From positions 1 to 64,000 of IMG/VR virus record IMGVR_UViG_3300025018_000137: 64,000 nucleotides of DNA; one strand, given 5' to 3'. Below, piece by piece: positions 51,875 through 60,747 of the stretch. The notes beneath the pieces are model-generated. The model ran no database searches. It was not told the DNA's origin and saw only the letters and a list, made by a program, of their open reading frames with translations. Source of the stretch: a virus (lineage: Duplodnaviria; Caudoviricetes). The position numbers and the translations under genes were made by a program. Numbering within the stretch: the first letter of the stretch is position 1; every line of letters begins with the position of its first letter.

Positions 51875-53365
51875 TTACCGGCGAGCCGGGTCGCGGGCCG
51901 AAATCACCCGGGCAGCGTCCCCACGGAAGATCGATCCGCGCATCGGGTCGCGTTCCTGAATTTCGCGCTGGATGCGCTGCTCGTTCTCGTCATCGTGTTC
52001 ACCTTCGTCATCATCCGCGCGCGACACCGTTTCTTCCGCGCTCTCCTTCAGTTTGCCGACGGTCTCGTCCAACTTCTCCAGACGGGCCGAGATACCGCGA
52101 AGCACTTCGGCCAGTGCGGGTTCATCAACCGCATCCAGATCGGGAGCCGGGGCCGGGTCAGCACGAAGAGCGGCAACCACCGCTGCGGCCGTCTGGTCTG
52201 CCGTGTCCTTGGCCAACTTCTCGGCCTCGGCACGGGTGATGTACTGAGGCGCATCGTCATTCATCGCCGGCGTGTCGCCCACGGTACCTTTCGGTGCAGC
52301 GTCGGTCTTGCCTGTCATATCTTCGTTCCTCGTGTCATCATCGACAATTGTGGGGTTTTCCTGTTCGGTCTCCCCCTCCAGATCGCTGCGCACATCGGCG
52401 CTTTGATTGTTCAGGGCTCCATCGGGGGACGCGTTGCCGTCTGTGGCCCGGGGAAGTGCAGACATCATCGCCCGCAGGTACACCGAAAACTCTTGCAGAG
52501 CATTGTCTACCAGAGCTTGCCGGTCTGACAAGGGCAAATAGCTGTAGAAGAGAATGTTGTCCAGCACATCCCACAGAAAATTGACCGCCTCGCGTGCGTC
52601 CTGACTGAAGTAGTTGTCTGACAGGGCTTGGAAGAAGTCGACATGCCCCCATCCGTAGCGGCCGTACGCCTCCTCGACCACAGAGCGGTAGATCACGGCG
52701 GGAACGTCATTGCGCTTGGTCTGCGCGAACGTGCCTACCACGCCTTCCTGAACGCCGAAATCCTTGGTTTCCGCGTCGCAGTCATGGCGTACGTAGAGGA
52801 ATTCCTTGCCGATGCTGAACAAGTCTTCTTCGTTGAAAACGATTTCACAATCACGAAGGTAGTTCTCGCAATCTGCCCGGGTGGCGAACTTCTCCGCGCT
52901 GAACGTCAGCTTGACGAGACCGATGGACGGCACGTCGGGCGGCACGTCTTCTTGCATCTCGGACCGGGAAATCTGAGCGGTGATCCCGTCCGAAATCATG
53001 ATCGTGGACGAATCGCCCAGTAGGGCTTCGTCCAGCGCGATCCGACGGAACATGACAGCCGAGTCGGAAACCACGATCTCGTACTCGTCTTCCTTCAGCC
53101 CGAAGCTGGTGAAGTGCGACTGCGCATCTTCTTCGCTGGTACCTGCAGGCAGCGTGATCGTCAGGAGCGGAGTGTCATACGTCCGCGCCTTCTTCTTGCC
53201 GTCCGAGCTACGCACAATCGCAAAGGGGCTCCGATTGGCGGGACGCTTCACGATTGAAAGATAGTCGGGGCGTTCCAGCTCCATGAGGGAAGCCGCGCGA
53301 ACCTCAGTATCCACAGCGCGAGACACATCACGCCGAACAACCTTCTTACGCCGCTTTACTACCAT
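51875..53365 (-). CDS. Scaffold/prohead-associated protein
   Basis: Start revised to MVVKRRKK (53365, GGAG SD). N-terminal YLSIVKRPAN resembles the prohead-protease C-terminal motif; acidic coiled C-terminus upstream of the capsid gene. Confidence 0.7.
   Translation of the reverse strand: MVVKRRKKVVRRDVSRAVDTEVRAASLMELERPDYLSIVKRPANRSPFAIVRSSDGKKKARTYDTPLLTITLPAGTSEEDAQSHFTSFGLKEDEYEIVVSDSAVMFRRIALDEALLGDSSTIMISDGITAQISRSEMQEDVPPDVPSIGLVKLTFSAEKFATRADCENYLRDCEIVFNEEDLFSIGKEFLYVRHDCDAETKDFGVQEGVVGTFAQTKRNDVPAVIYRSVVEEAYGRYGWGHVDFFQALSDNYFSQDAREAVNFLWDVLDNILFYSYLPLSDRQALVDNALQEFSVYLRAMMSALPRATDGNASPDGALNNQSADVRSDLEGETEQENPTIVDDDTRNEDMTGKTDAAPKGTVGDTPAMNDDAPQYITRAEAEKLAKDTADQTAAAVVAALRADPAPAPDLDAVDEPALAEVLRGISARLEKLDETVGKLKESAEETVSRADDDEGEHDDENEQRIQREIQERDPMRGSIFRGDAARVISARDPARR
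52833..52848. promoter_or_regulatory. Palindromic motif copy TTGAAAACGATTTCAC
   Basis: Exact core, inside the scaffold gene. Confidence 0.65.
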
Positions 53366-53951
53366 TACGCTCTCCGAGAAGGGGGAATCTATGTCGGTGA
53401 CTACGCACGCCAGAGTTGCCCAACGCCGTGTACGTCGTACTGTCAATCTCGTGGCTATGGCCGTCTACGAGGTCAGTTCCTCCCGTCACGACCCGGCCTT
53501 CTTGGCTCAGAACCGCGAAATACTTGTGAGTGTGGCCGTCCACGATATCCGGAAAGGTCTCGCCCGATACGTGCCGAACCTCTTCGGCCAACACTTCGAT
53601 AGGGAGCACCGATACCAGAGCTTCGTAACTGAAGCCGTTCAACTCGCCGGACAGGATGTCGGCCCATAGCGCGTCGTCGAGTACATGAATACCAACGACC
53701 CACGACCCTTCGGGGAAATTGGGGTCACCCGGCCTCGCCAAGAAGCTCTCGACGATCCGGACTTTCGGGCCGACATCCTCATTGTCGTGATCCACGTCGA
53801 TCTTGAATCCATTGAGCATAAAGCCGTACGCAAACTGCCTGACCGACTCCTTGGTGTGAAAGTCCCCGTACACGTTCAGAGTGTCGGGGATCAGTACGGC
53901 ACCGAAGGCGAGCCTTTCGTACTCATTGGCAGCAGGACTGAACTTCAGCAT
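53346..53951 (-). CDS. XkdF-like putative prohead serine protease
   Basis: FGAVLIPD...GDF...IDVDH..VESF..PEGSWVVG..LW..I.SGELNGFS. C-terminal DGHTH/DGHSH/HRH repeats. Confidence 0.85.
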   Translation of the reverse strand: MLKFSPAANEYERLAFGAVLIPDTLNVYGDFHTKESVRQFAYGFMLNGFKIDVDHDNEDVGPKVRIVESFLARPGDPNFPEGSWVVGIHVLDDALWADILSGELNGFSYEALVSVLPIEVLAEEVRHVSGETFPDIVDGHTHKYFAVLSQEGRVVTGGTDLVDGHSHEIDSTTYTALGNSGVRSHRHRFPLLGERNGSKAA

Positions 53952-53967
53952 CTGAAATCGATTTCAC
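53952..53967. promoter_or_regulatory. Palindromic motif copy CTGAAATCGATTTCAC
   Basis: Exact core, abutting the XkdF-like ATG where an SD would normally be. Confidence 0.75.
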
Positions 53968-54023
53968 AACTACAACGTCGAGGTACCCACCATGCAGGCG
54001 GGATAATACGTGCAGAAATTCGA

Positions 54024-55763
54024 TTATGCAACAGCAGCAGTTGGCGAGGAGTAGCCGGAATGGTCCGGGGTGGCGTCTGCGCCGCCTTCGTAGGTCAGGT
54101 CCGTTCCGTCGTCTGCGTTCACCAAACGGGATACAACGCACCCCAGAGGCCAGCCTTCCGTAGAGCGGAGCGTGATCGAGGGGAGGTCTTTGCCAGCGTA
54201 GATACCGGCGTTGCCGGCCAGCAGCACGACGGAATCTCCTGCCTCGTCGATGTAGCCCGATAGCAACAGATTCTCGTTCATCACGTCCGGGGAAGTCCCG
54301 TCTACGTGCATCGACTCCACGCCCGATACGATGCTCGCCATGAAGTTTGGCAAGGTCTCCACCGCGATCGCGTCTTCCAGCGCGTCGTTCGTCGAGGACA
54401 AAATGTCATCGATTACATCGGCTGACCAGAGGTTGGCTAGGTACAGCGTGCTGACTGGAACTCCGTTCAGCGTCTCTGCCTTGGAGTACGCAAACCAGAA
54501 GCGCTCGCCCGCCGTACCCTGCGACCATACTCCGTGATGGCGGGCAACGTCAGTACGCGTATCGCCCAGCCCCGGGAGCTTGGCAAGAGACGTCGCCGCC
54601 GACACGTTCCTCGGCCATAGCAAGGTCCAGCCGGACTGCACTGTGCCCTCGTAGTACCCGAGAATCTGGTCTCCCGCTACGGTCAGCGCCGTACCGTCGC
54701 GGCCTACCGCGAGGATGTTGATGTTCCCGGGGGAGCCGCTTGCGCGGTTCAGTCTGCAAGGGACAAGCTGCGAACTCATGGAGTTGGAATTGGCGTGTTC
54801 CAGCGTCCATGCACCGCCGACACTGTACGGGAGGGCTTGGCTGTATATCCCGGTATCTACCACTAGGTAGAAGCGACCCTTGAACTCTACCGCCTGAAGC
54901 ACGCCAACGGACGGGGAGCCTAGAGTGGCTTGGGATATCTTGCTCGCAACGGCATTCCAAGAAAAGATGCCGAACCCTTCGGTGCGCTGGTAAACCCAGA
55001 CAGCGTTGGTGGTGTCCCAGTTTGTCTTGTGGACGAAATATGCCCAGCGAGCGTTCGTGGTGTCGTAGACAATCCTCCCGGTGAGCATACGCTGAGTGCC
55101 GCCCGGAACAGTCCGGGTGGTAGGAGAGATGACGGTCTCGAAGGTCAGTCCGTCGAAGGTGGCAAGCACACCTTCGATGTCGTTGCCCGCCGCGTTACGG
55201 TACCAATACTGGATGCCCAGCATTCCGTTTGCGGCGGTGATCTCGATGTGCGGTGCGCCGAATACGTCTGCGGCCGGCGTGGCGTCCATCGGCCGCAGTG
55301 CTTTCCCTGTCTTCAGGCCCATCGTGTCCTGAATAGCGACGGGGGGAGGAAACCATGTGTATCCCCTGTCACTGGAGAACAACAGCTCGTCCCTACCAAA
55401 CACCCAGTTCCGCACAACTACCGCGAGCAGTCCTCTTTGCGGGTGAGGCACATCGCGGACCTTCTCGATGGTTCCGGCTGTGATACGCCCTACCAGAGTG
55501 GTACCTGTATCCCACTGTTTTGCAGTGGTCCCCTCTTGGGCGCGTTCGAGCGTTAGTACGTCGCCAGCCCGGGCGGTGACCTTGATGATCTCCCAGTCTG
55601 TCTCGAGGGTACTGCCAACTGCCCCGGTCAGCAGCAGGTATTCATCGCCGGTCAAGTCTCCAATCCGGGCACCGTGCCCGGAAGACAGAGAACACGATGT
55701 CTGGGCGATAAAGAGCGTGGACGCCAGTGTTACCTGCAGATTGTTTCGGTATACCTGCACCAT
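54024..55763 (-). CDS. Fibre/decoration-like virion protein (579 aa)
   Basis: N-terminus WEIIKVTARAGDVLTLERAQEGT..W..G..GRITAG is typical of phage fibre attachment domains; beta-propeller-like remainder. Confidence 0.65.
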   Translation of the reverse strand: MVQVYRNNLQVTLASTLFIAQTSCSLSSGHGARIGDLTGDEYLLLTGAVGSTLETDWEIIKVTARAGDVLTLERAQEGTTAKQWDTGTTLVGRITAGTIEKVRDVPHPQRGLLAVVVRNWVFGRDELLFSSDRGYTWFPPPVAIQDTMGLKTGKALRPMDATPAADVFGAPHIEITAANGMLGIQYWYRNAAGNDIEGVLATFDGLTFETVISPTTRTVPGGTQRMLTGRIVYDTTNARWAYFVHKTNWDTTNAVWVYQRTEGFGIFSWNAVASKISQATLGSPSVGVLQAVEFKGRFYLVVDTGIYSQALPYSVGGAWTLEHANSNSMSSQLVPCRLNRASGSPGNINILAVGRDGTALTVAGDQILGYYEGTVQSGWTLLWPRNVSAATSLAKLPGLGDTRTDVARHHGVWSQGTAGERFWFAYSKAETLNGVPVSTLYLANLWSADVIDDILSSTNDALEDAIAVETLPNFMASIVSGVESMHVDGTSPDVMNENLLLSGYIDEAGDSVVLLAGNAGIYAGKDLPSITLRSTEGWPLGCVVSRLVNADDGTDLTYEGGADATPDHSGYSSPTAAVA

Positions 55764-57490
55764 TACCGAGTGCTCACGATCTGTGCCGTCTGGTCCCTAC
55801 TTGGTTCGCCGGCCCGGTCTCTCGGGCCATCCTTTTCTGGGTCAGCTCCGCCGGGCGATCCGTCCTGCATTTCCCTATCGTTGGCGTCCGTTCTGCGAAG
55901 TGACAGAGACAACGGGCGATCCATCCACTCTTCCCAGCCCTCTGCGCCCATCTTCGGGTATTGCGCGATTCGGACCTGCATCTGCTGGTTGATGAGATCG
56001 ACGGCTTTACGCGGGGTCAGAGCCCCCATTGAGTTGGCTTCGCGCAGCGCTTTTACTACTTCTGCCGGATCGGTCAGTTTTGGACCTTTACTCTCGATCT
56101 TCACCGTCTTCAGGTTCAGGCCAGCTTCATGATTGACGAAGGCGTTGTTCAGCCAGTCGTTGTGTGCCGCCCTGTTCGGCAGGAACACTTGCATCTCCGC
56201 CAGAAACGCAGATACGTTCGCCGTGGCGAAAGTCACATCCTGCGATTCGCCAGTGATGATCGGGGGTAAGCGGAACGCAGAGCGCAGCTTGGCCCGGTTC
56301 TGTTCGTCGTACGTGCGGAACAGCCCGTCGCTTGGACGCTGATCTGACATCTTCTCGATGCGTAGCTGGGCTACGCCCCCGTCATCCAGACCTTGGCCTT
56401 CGCTAATCGCCTCCAGAAGCATCATTTTGTTCTGCCGGCCTCTGCCGCCAGACTCGATGACGTTTTTCAGTTCCTCGAACGAAGCGCGGGTGAGACGACC
56501 ATTGGATACTGTGATGATGGACGGCGGGACAGTGTTGTCCTCGAAGTAGCGAAGGTTCACTTCTTCCGATTCCCGCGAGCCCATAATCGTAGGCGCGAGA
56601 TGAATCCAGCGCGGCATGCCGTACGGGTCGTCGCCTTCTTGAGTGCGCCACAGGATTTCGGTAGCCTTGTACTTCTCCGAGATTCGCCCGGTCTCTCTCG
56701 ACTGGTAGTTACCCGTGCGCCAGTCCATTGTTCTCGGGTCGCCGAACTCCTTGAACCATACGATCTGGTTGGCGGTGCGCTGCACGAACTTGCGGAACCG
56801 CCTGCGCTCTCGCACACGGGATCGCTCGCCCCCGCGTTCGATCTCCCTGACCACTTCCACAGTCTTGCGCTGCCGCGATGTCATCTGGAGACTCGACGAG
56901 GACACATGCTTGAGCATGGTGGCCTTGCCCGCCCGATTCCTGACCACTTCCAGAGCGCGAGCCCCGTGCTTCTCGAAATCGAAAATCTGCTTCTGCTCGA
57001 TCTGGGAGAACGAGTTGTCGGTATCTGCGTGTTCGAGCCACGACTTCAGCGTAGCTTCTTCTACGGGGTCGATCTCCACGCCTTCCGCGAAGGCGACGAC
57101 CTTGGAACCGTAACCAGCGATGTTGGTCTTCATCGCGTCGACGAGTTGGGGCAGCATGTTCGATCGGCTGTAGAGATAGTTGACAGTCGATACTGCCACC
57201 GATCTTTCTAGCATCGTGCCAGAAGAAGAACCGAATCCACTGCGGGACTCTTCCGGGCTAGCTGCGCGGCCCTCGTCCTCTCGGATGAACGATGCGTCCA
57301 TGCGGCTGTTCATGCGGTCCATGCGGCGCTCGTCAGGCGACCCGCTGGGTAGCCCTATGATGTTGCGCAACTGCTTATCGGCCCGCCTGCGGCGACGTAT
57401 GGACTCGCTTACGCCGTCCTGCACTGCTCGGCGTCTACGGGAAGGCGGGGTGGTGCTGATGCCGAGGCGTGCGTCGTAGAATTCACTCAT
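55763..57490 (-). CDS. Portal protein (PBSX/XkdE-like)
   Basis: Start revised to MSEFY (57490). LEVVRN..GK, YGMPRW, N.RYFEDNTVP..I.V.G, FRLPP..G..TFATA. Confidence 0.88.
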   Translation of the reverse strand: MSEFYDARLGISTTPPSRRRRAVQDGVSESIRRRRRADKQLRNIIGLPSGSPDERRMDRMNSRMDASFIREDEGRAASPEESRSGFGSSSGTMLERSVAVSTVNYLYSRSNMLPQLVDAMKTNIAGYGSKVVAFAEGVEIDPVEEATLKSWLEHADTDNSFSQIEQKQIFDFEKHGARALEVVRNRAGKATMLKHVSSSSLQMTSRQRKTVEVVREIERGGERSRVRERRRFRKFVQRTANQIVWFKEFGDPRTMDWRTGNYQSRETGRISEKYKATEILWRTQEGDDPYGMPRWIHLAPTIMGSRESEEVNLRYFEDNTVPPSIITVSNGRLTRASFEELKNVIESGGRGRQNKMMLLEAISEGQGLDDGGVAQLRIEKMSDQRPSDGLFRTYDEQNRAKLRSAFRLPPIITGESQDVTFATANVSAFLAEMQVFLPNRAAHNDWLNNAFVNHEAGLNLKTVKIESKGPKLTDPAEVVKALREANSMGALTPRKAVDLINQQMQVRIAQYPKMGAEGWEEWMDRPLSLSLRRTDANDREMQDGSPGGADPEKDGPRDRAGEPSRDQTAQIVSTR

Positions 57491-57854
57491 TGCGGCCGTT
57501 CCCTTGGGGACGCCGGAATACATACCCCTGATCTCTCAGGTGCTGGTTGAGGTGCAGGATTGTGCCGGCAGCGGTGGGAACAAACAGATCAACGATCCAT
57601 CCGCTCTTGTTCTGTACGCCCACGCGGATCGTGCACTCCCGGTTTTCCACCAGTCCACGAACAGCGTCGCGTACTAATCCGCCGGGGGAGTCCGGAGATG
57701 CTTGGAATCCAGTCGGGGTGTCTACGCCTGAGAGGCGGATGCGGACTTTCTTGTACAGATCGTCGACGCCTAGATCGACCATCATGGTCATGTCGTCCCC
57801 GGACACTGTGCGGATCACGCGCCCGGAAAGCTCTGGTGATCGGTTCTCGGCCAT
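57483..57854 (-). CDS. Thermonuclease (SNase-like) domain protein, possibly inactive
   Basis: VIRTVSGDDMTMMVDLG...IRLSGVDTP. The canonical DGDT is SGDD here. Confidence 0.7.
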   Translation of the reverse strand: MAENRSPELSGRVIRTVSGDDMTMMVDLGVDDLYKKVRIRLSGVDTPTGFQASPDSPGGLVRDAVRGLVENRECTIRVGVQNKSGWIVDLFVPTAAGTILHLNQHLRDQGYVFRRPQGNGRNE

Positions 57855-57895
57855 AGCGCCCTACCATTTCAGATTAGGGCGCAGTCTAGGTGAAA

Positions 57896-57911
57896 GTGAA
57901 AACGATTACAA
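57896..57911. promoter_or_regulatory. Palindromic motif copy GTGAAAACGATTACAA
   Basis: Exact core, intergenic, at the head of the portal/capsid operon. Confidence 0.75.
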
Positions 57912-57921
57912 CAAACGAGGG

Positions 57922-58168
57922 TCAGGATGCATTTTCCTTGTCCTCGACCTGCTTCATCATCCGTACCAGATGCGCGTACAAGTCGCCCCGGGTGGGCATA
58001 AGCACGCGCAATGTCTGCATCTTCCGGATTTTTCTGGCCCGGTACGACACAGACAACTCGAAGTGAGACGTGCCGTCCGGCTGTTCCACCCGGTTGCCTA
58101 CGTGTATCGGCAGATCGCCGTAGCTGGAGCGCACTATGTACACCGAGCTTATGCCGGACTCGACCCCC
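57922..58168 (-). CDS. Hypothetical protein (start uncertain)
   Basis: Track ORF 57922-58317; GTG 58168 abuts the upstream stop. Confidence 0.4.
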
Positions 58169-58169
58169 A

Positions 58170-58547
58170 CTATGCCGTACTTCCCGGCTTTCGCCTGCGA
58201 CGCGGCGGCAACGAGTCGACGGACGAACGCTTTCTTCTCCGAGGCACGACGGGTTGCGATTCCTGCTGCTGCTGCATCTCCGAACGCCGTATCTCCGGCA
58301 GATACTTGAATTCCCACTGCTCTACAATCCTCCCCACTGATTTCGGGTCTTCCGGGTAGTAGCCGGACAGAAACCCCTTCACGAACCCCGGCCGATTGTC
58401 GAACCGGCTACCTTTTTCTCCTTCTACGCGGAGCAGCATCTGAGTCGCCCGCTCCAGAAGTTGCGCCTCTCGCGCTAGTCTTTCTTCCCTGCGGCTGGGC
58501 TTCTGCGCCCCCGGACGCTTGCTCGGCAGTTTCTTCCTCTTCGGCAT
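58170..58547 (-). CDS. Basic hypothetical protein
   Basis: Start MPKRKK (58547), GAGG SD. Confidence 0.55.
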   Translation of the reverse strand: MPKRKKLPSKRPGAQKPSRREERLAREAQLLERATQMLLRVEGEKGSRFDNRPGFVKGFLSGYYPEDPKSVGRIVEQWEFKYLPEIRRSEMQQQQESQPVVPRRRKRSSVDSLPPRRRRKPGSTA

Positions 58548-58857
58548 GCTGTGTCTTACCTCGTTTCTTGCCTGCACTTCCGTGCATGGTGTTCTTGCCC
58601 ATCCGAAACGCGTAGAGCGGGCAGCTCGTCGCCGGGCAGTCTGCTATCGCCCGGACCATGCCGCCCATGCATTGTACGCAAAAAGCCCGGATGCCAGTGA
58701 TAGGGCTGCTGATCTTATCGATGTACTCGTCGACAAGCTCCTGCTGCCGGGCTATCACGCTGTCCATCGCCCGGTCTTCCTCGTCCAACTCCGGTTCTAC
58801 GACAACCGGCGGTGGCAGAGGTTCGGGCTTCTTCTTCTTCCTTCTCGATACCGTCAT
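58408..58857 (-). CDS. Hypothetical Cys-cluster (Zn-binding-like) protein
   Basis: Start MTVSRRKKKK (58857, ATGA overlap). IRAFCVQCMGG...DCPATSCPLYAFRMG. Confidence 0.7.
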   Translation of the reverse strand: MTVSRRKKKKPEPLPPPVVVEPELDEEDRAMDSVIARQQELVDEYIDKISSPITGIRAFCVQCMGGMVRAIADCPATSCPLYAFRMGKNTMHGSAGKKRGKTQHAEEEETAEQASGGAEAQPQGRKTSARGATSGAGDSDAAPRRRRKR

Positions 58858-59249
58858 CTTTTCTTCTCCACGAATGAGGGCTTGTCTGATTGGCGCCAAA
58901 GCAAGGTGCTCTGCTGCCACCGTTGGTACGACGCTATGACCGCCCAATTGTTCAGGAACGGTACTTCCACTACGCTGACGATCCCCGATAGATGCGGGCC
59001 TACGCCCATCTCCAGCGCGGAGGACACGAACGTTTCGAATTGAGGGGCGAAGTCGAACGATGCCAGATCGAGGTCGTAGAGCATCTTGCCTACGTCTACG
59101 CAACGCGCTACGACGGCAACCTTCGACACATATGAACTTTTCTTCCTACCGGACCCGCGAGGACGAAGAAGGAAGCTATCTCTGGCCGACGCCAACAGCG
59201 GACGCTCCCCGGCCGCAATCATCACCGCGTCCGGAAGTTCTACGCTCAT
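58854..59249 (-). CDS. Hypothetical protein (131 aa)
   Basis: ATGA overlaps at both ends. Confidence 0.55.
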   Translation of the reverse strand: MSVELPDAVMIAAGERPLLASARDSFLLRPRGSGRKKSSYVSKVAVVARCVDVGKMLYDLDLASFDFAPQFETFVSSALEMGVGPHLSGIVSVVEVPFLNNWAVIASYQRWQQSTLLWRQSDKPSFVEKKR

Positions 59250-60727
59250 CGGGGCTCCTCGTCCACAGTCGTTGGTACTCGCACAGCAACTACGGAGTTA
59301 TACCGATCGTCTCGCGAATACCTCGAGTCTAGGTACGTACGTTGCCAGCCCATGCGATCGGCGTACGACAGCATGGCCCCGGTCGCGGTCTCGCGGAAGA
59401 TACTGCTATCCAGCTCTCGGTGCGCTGGGGGGCCTGCGTTGCCGAAGACGGCGATCATATACGTGCCTTTGCCAGAATGGTCTACATCAGTCATTACATT
59501 CGACGGCATAAGGATGGACCCGAAGGAGGAATAGACACCGAAACACCCGAGGATCGACATCCTCGGAACACGCATTCTGGCCGGGTCTGCTTTCGGCGCT
59601 GCTGCGTAGTAGTCCAGTAGTAGCGATATCCGCGATGGGTCGGTCTGCGTCCGATACCAACTCAGGTGCTGCGGGGCAGTGTCGACAAGATAGTAGGCAG
59701 ATAGTAATCTGCCGATGTTGAAGCCTGCCGCCCGAAGGTTATGGACCGCCTTAGCATTTGCGGAAGGGAAAGACGGCTTGCCCGACAGGATTTCCGGATG
59801 CCGTACGAGGTCCGACAACAGAACTAGGGGGTGCAGACGGATGTGCTGTATTTGCCGCTTCCCTCTTCCGTGATAGCTGGGCCACCCTTGGCCTCTCCAC
59901 CCTTGGCCTCTCCACCCTTCTTCCTTGACTCCTATGGACCCTTCGTGGAGCTGGGCTTCCCCGATCAGGGTAGCGGCGCGCTCGCTGCCTAGCTGACCGG
60001 AAAGGTACAGGGGCTTCTCCCTCTGCCTACCCTGATACACGTTCAAGTACATTTTCTTACGGGCGTGCGACCCTTCCTTCGGGGTCGCAATGCAGATCGC
60101 CTCGGACTCGGAGTAGGTGATGGCCCGCTCTATGCGATCAGCATGCGAATTCAGGGCCTGCATGATCCGCGCCGGGGTTCCGGTGACGGGGGGAGACCTT
60201 CGGGCTAGGCCCGGGATAGCCGCCGAGAGCGGCCGGTAATCCCGCGAAATTCTCCAGCCGTACTGCTCGTGGAATACGAAGTCTGCGGCCGACCCGTCAT
60301 CCCACCTATGCAGGCTAGGGAGCTTGGGGTTTTTCCACCGGACAATCTTTTCAGATAGCTCCGGGGAGATGAGCCCGTAGGTAACGGAGCAGTGCCCGAA
60401 CAGATCGTAAAGCAGATCCGAGAACCGGCCCATAGTCCGCATCTGGAGGTTGACGGCTGGATTGTTCCGGGCTGACAGGTTCGAGGTCCGGACTCTACGT
60501 ATCACCGAGTCGTTGAACAGGAAATCGTAGAGGAAGAAGTGCCGACCGATCGCCCCGAACGCGGGAGCGCATGCTGTACTTTGGGCGGGGAGCCACGCCC
60601 AATCTTCCGGCTGCGACCCTTCCCATCCCGGGGATAGGCACTCCATTGCGGCTTCCGCCGCCTTGTTGACGTGGGGATCGTGAATCAGGCCCGCGATACG
60701 GGGAAGGCCCATAGAGGGTATCGGCAT
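59246..60727 (-). CDS. Hypothetical protein (493 aa)
   Basis: Long ORF with GGAG SD. No recognisable family; contains a 15-bp tandem duplication at 59882-59919. Confidence 0.65.
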   Translation of the reverse strand: MPIPSMGLPRIAGLIHDPHVNKAAEAAMECLSPGWEGSQPEDWAWLPAQSTACAPAFGAIGRHFFLYDFLFNDSVIRRVRTSNLSARNNPAVNLQMRTMGRFSDLLYDLFGHCSVTYGLISPELSEKIVRWKNPKLPSLHRWDDGSAADFVFHEQYGWRISRDYRPLSAAIPGLARRSPPVTGTPARIMQALNSHADRIERAITYSESEAICIATPKEGSHARKKMYLNVYQGRQREKPLYLSGQLGSERAATLIGEAQLHEGSIGVKEEGWRGQGWRGQGWPSYHGRGKRQIQHIRLHPLVLLSDLVRHPEILSGKPSFPSANAKAVHNLRAAGFNIGRLLSAYYLVDTAPQHLSWYRTQTDPSRISLLLDYYAAAPKADPARMRVPRMSILGCFGVYSSFGSILMPSNVMTDVDHSGKGTYMIAVFGNAGPPAHRELDSSIFRETATGAMLSYADRMGWQRTYLDSRYSRDDRYNSVVAVRVPTTVDEEPR

Positions 60728-60747
60728 TCTGTGCGCTCCTATCCATG

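Noticed and set aside
50878-52239. 453-aa plus-strand ORF and the many other plus-strand ORFs in the track
   Set aside because: Antisense shadows of GC-rich minus-strand genes. All recognisable domains, SDs, promoters and terminators are on the minus strand, apart from the IS cargo.
59882-59919. 15-bp tandem repeat encoding GWRGQGWRGQGW
   Set aside because: Only about 2.5 in-frame units; most simply a local duplication or assembly slip with no wider pattern.
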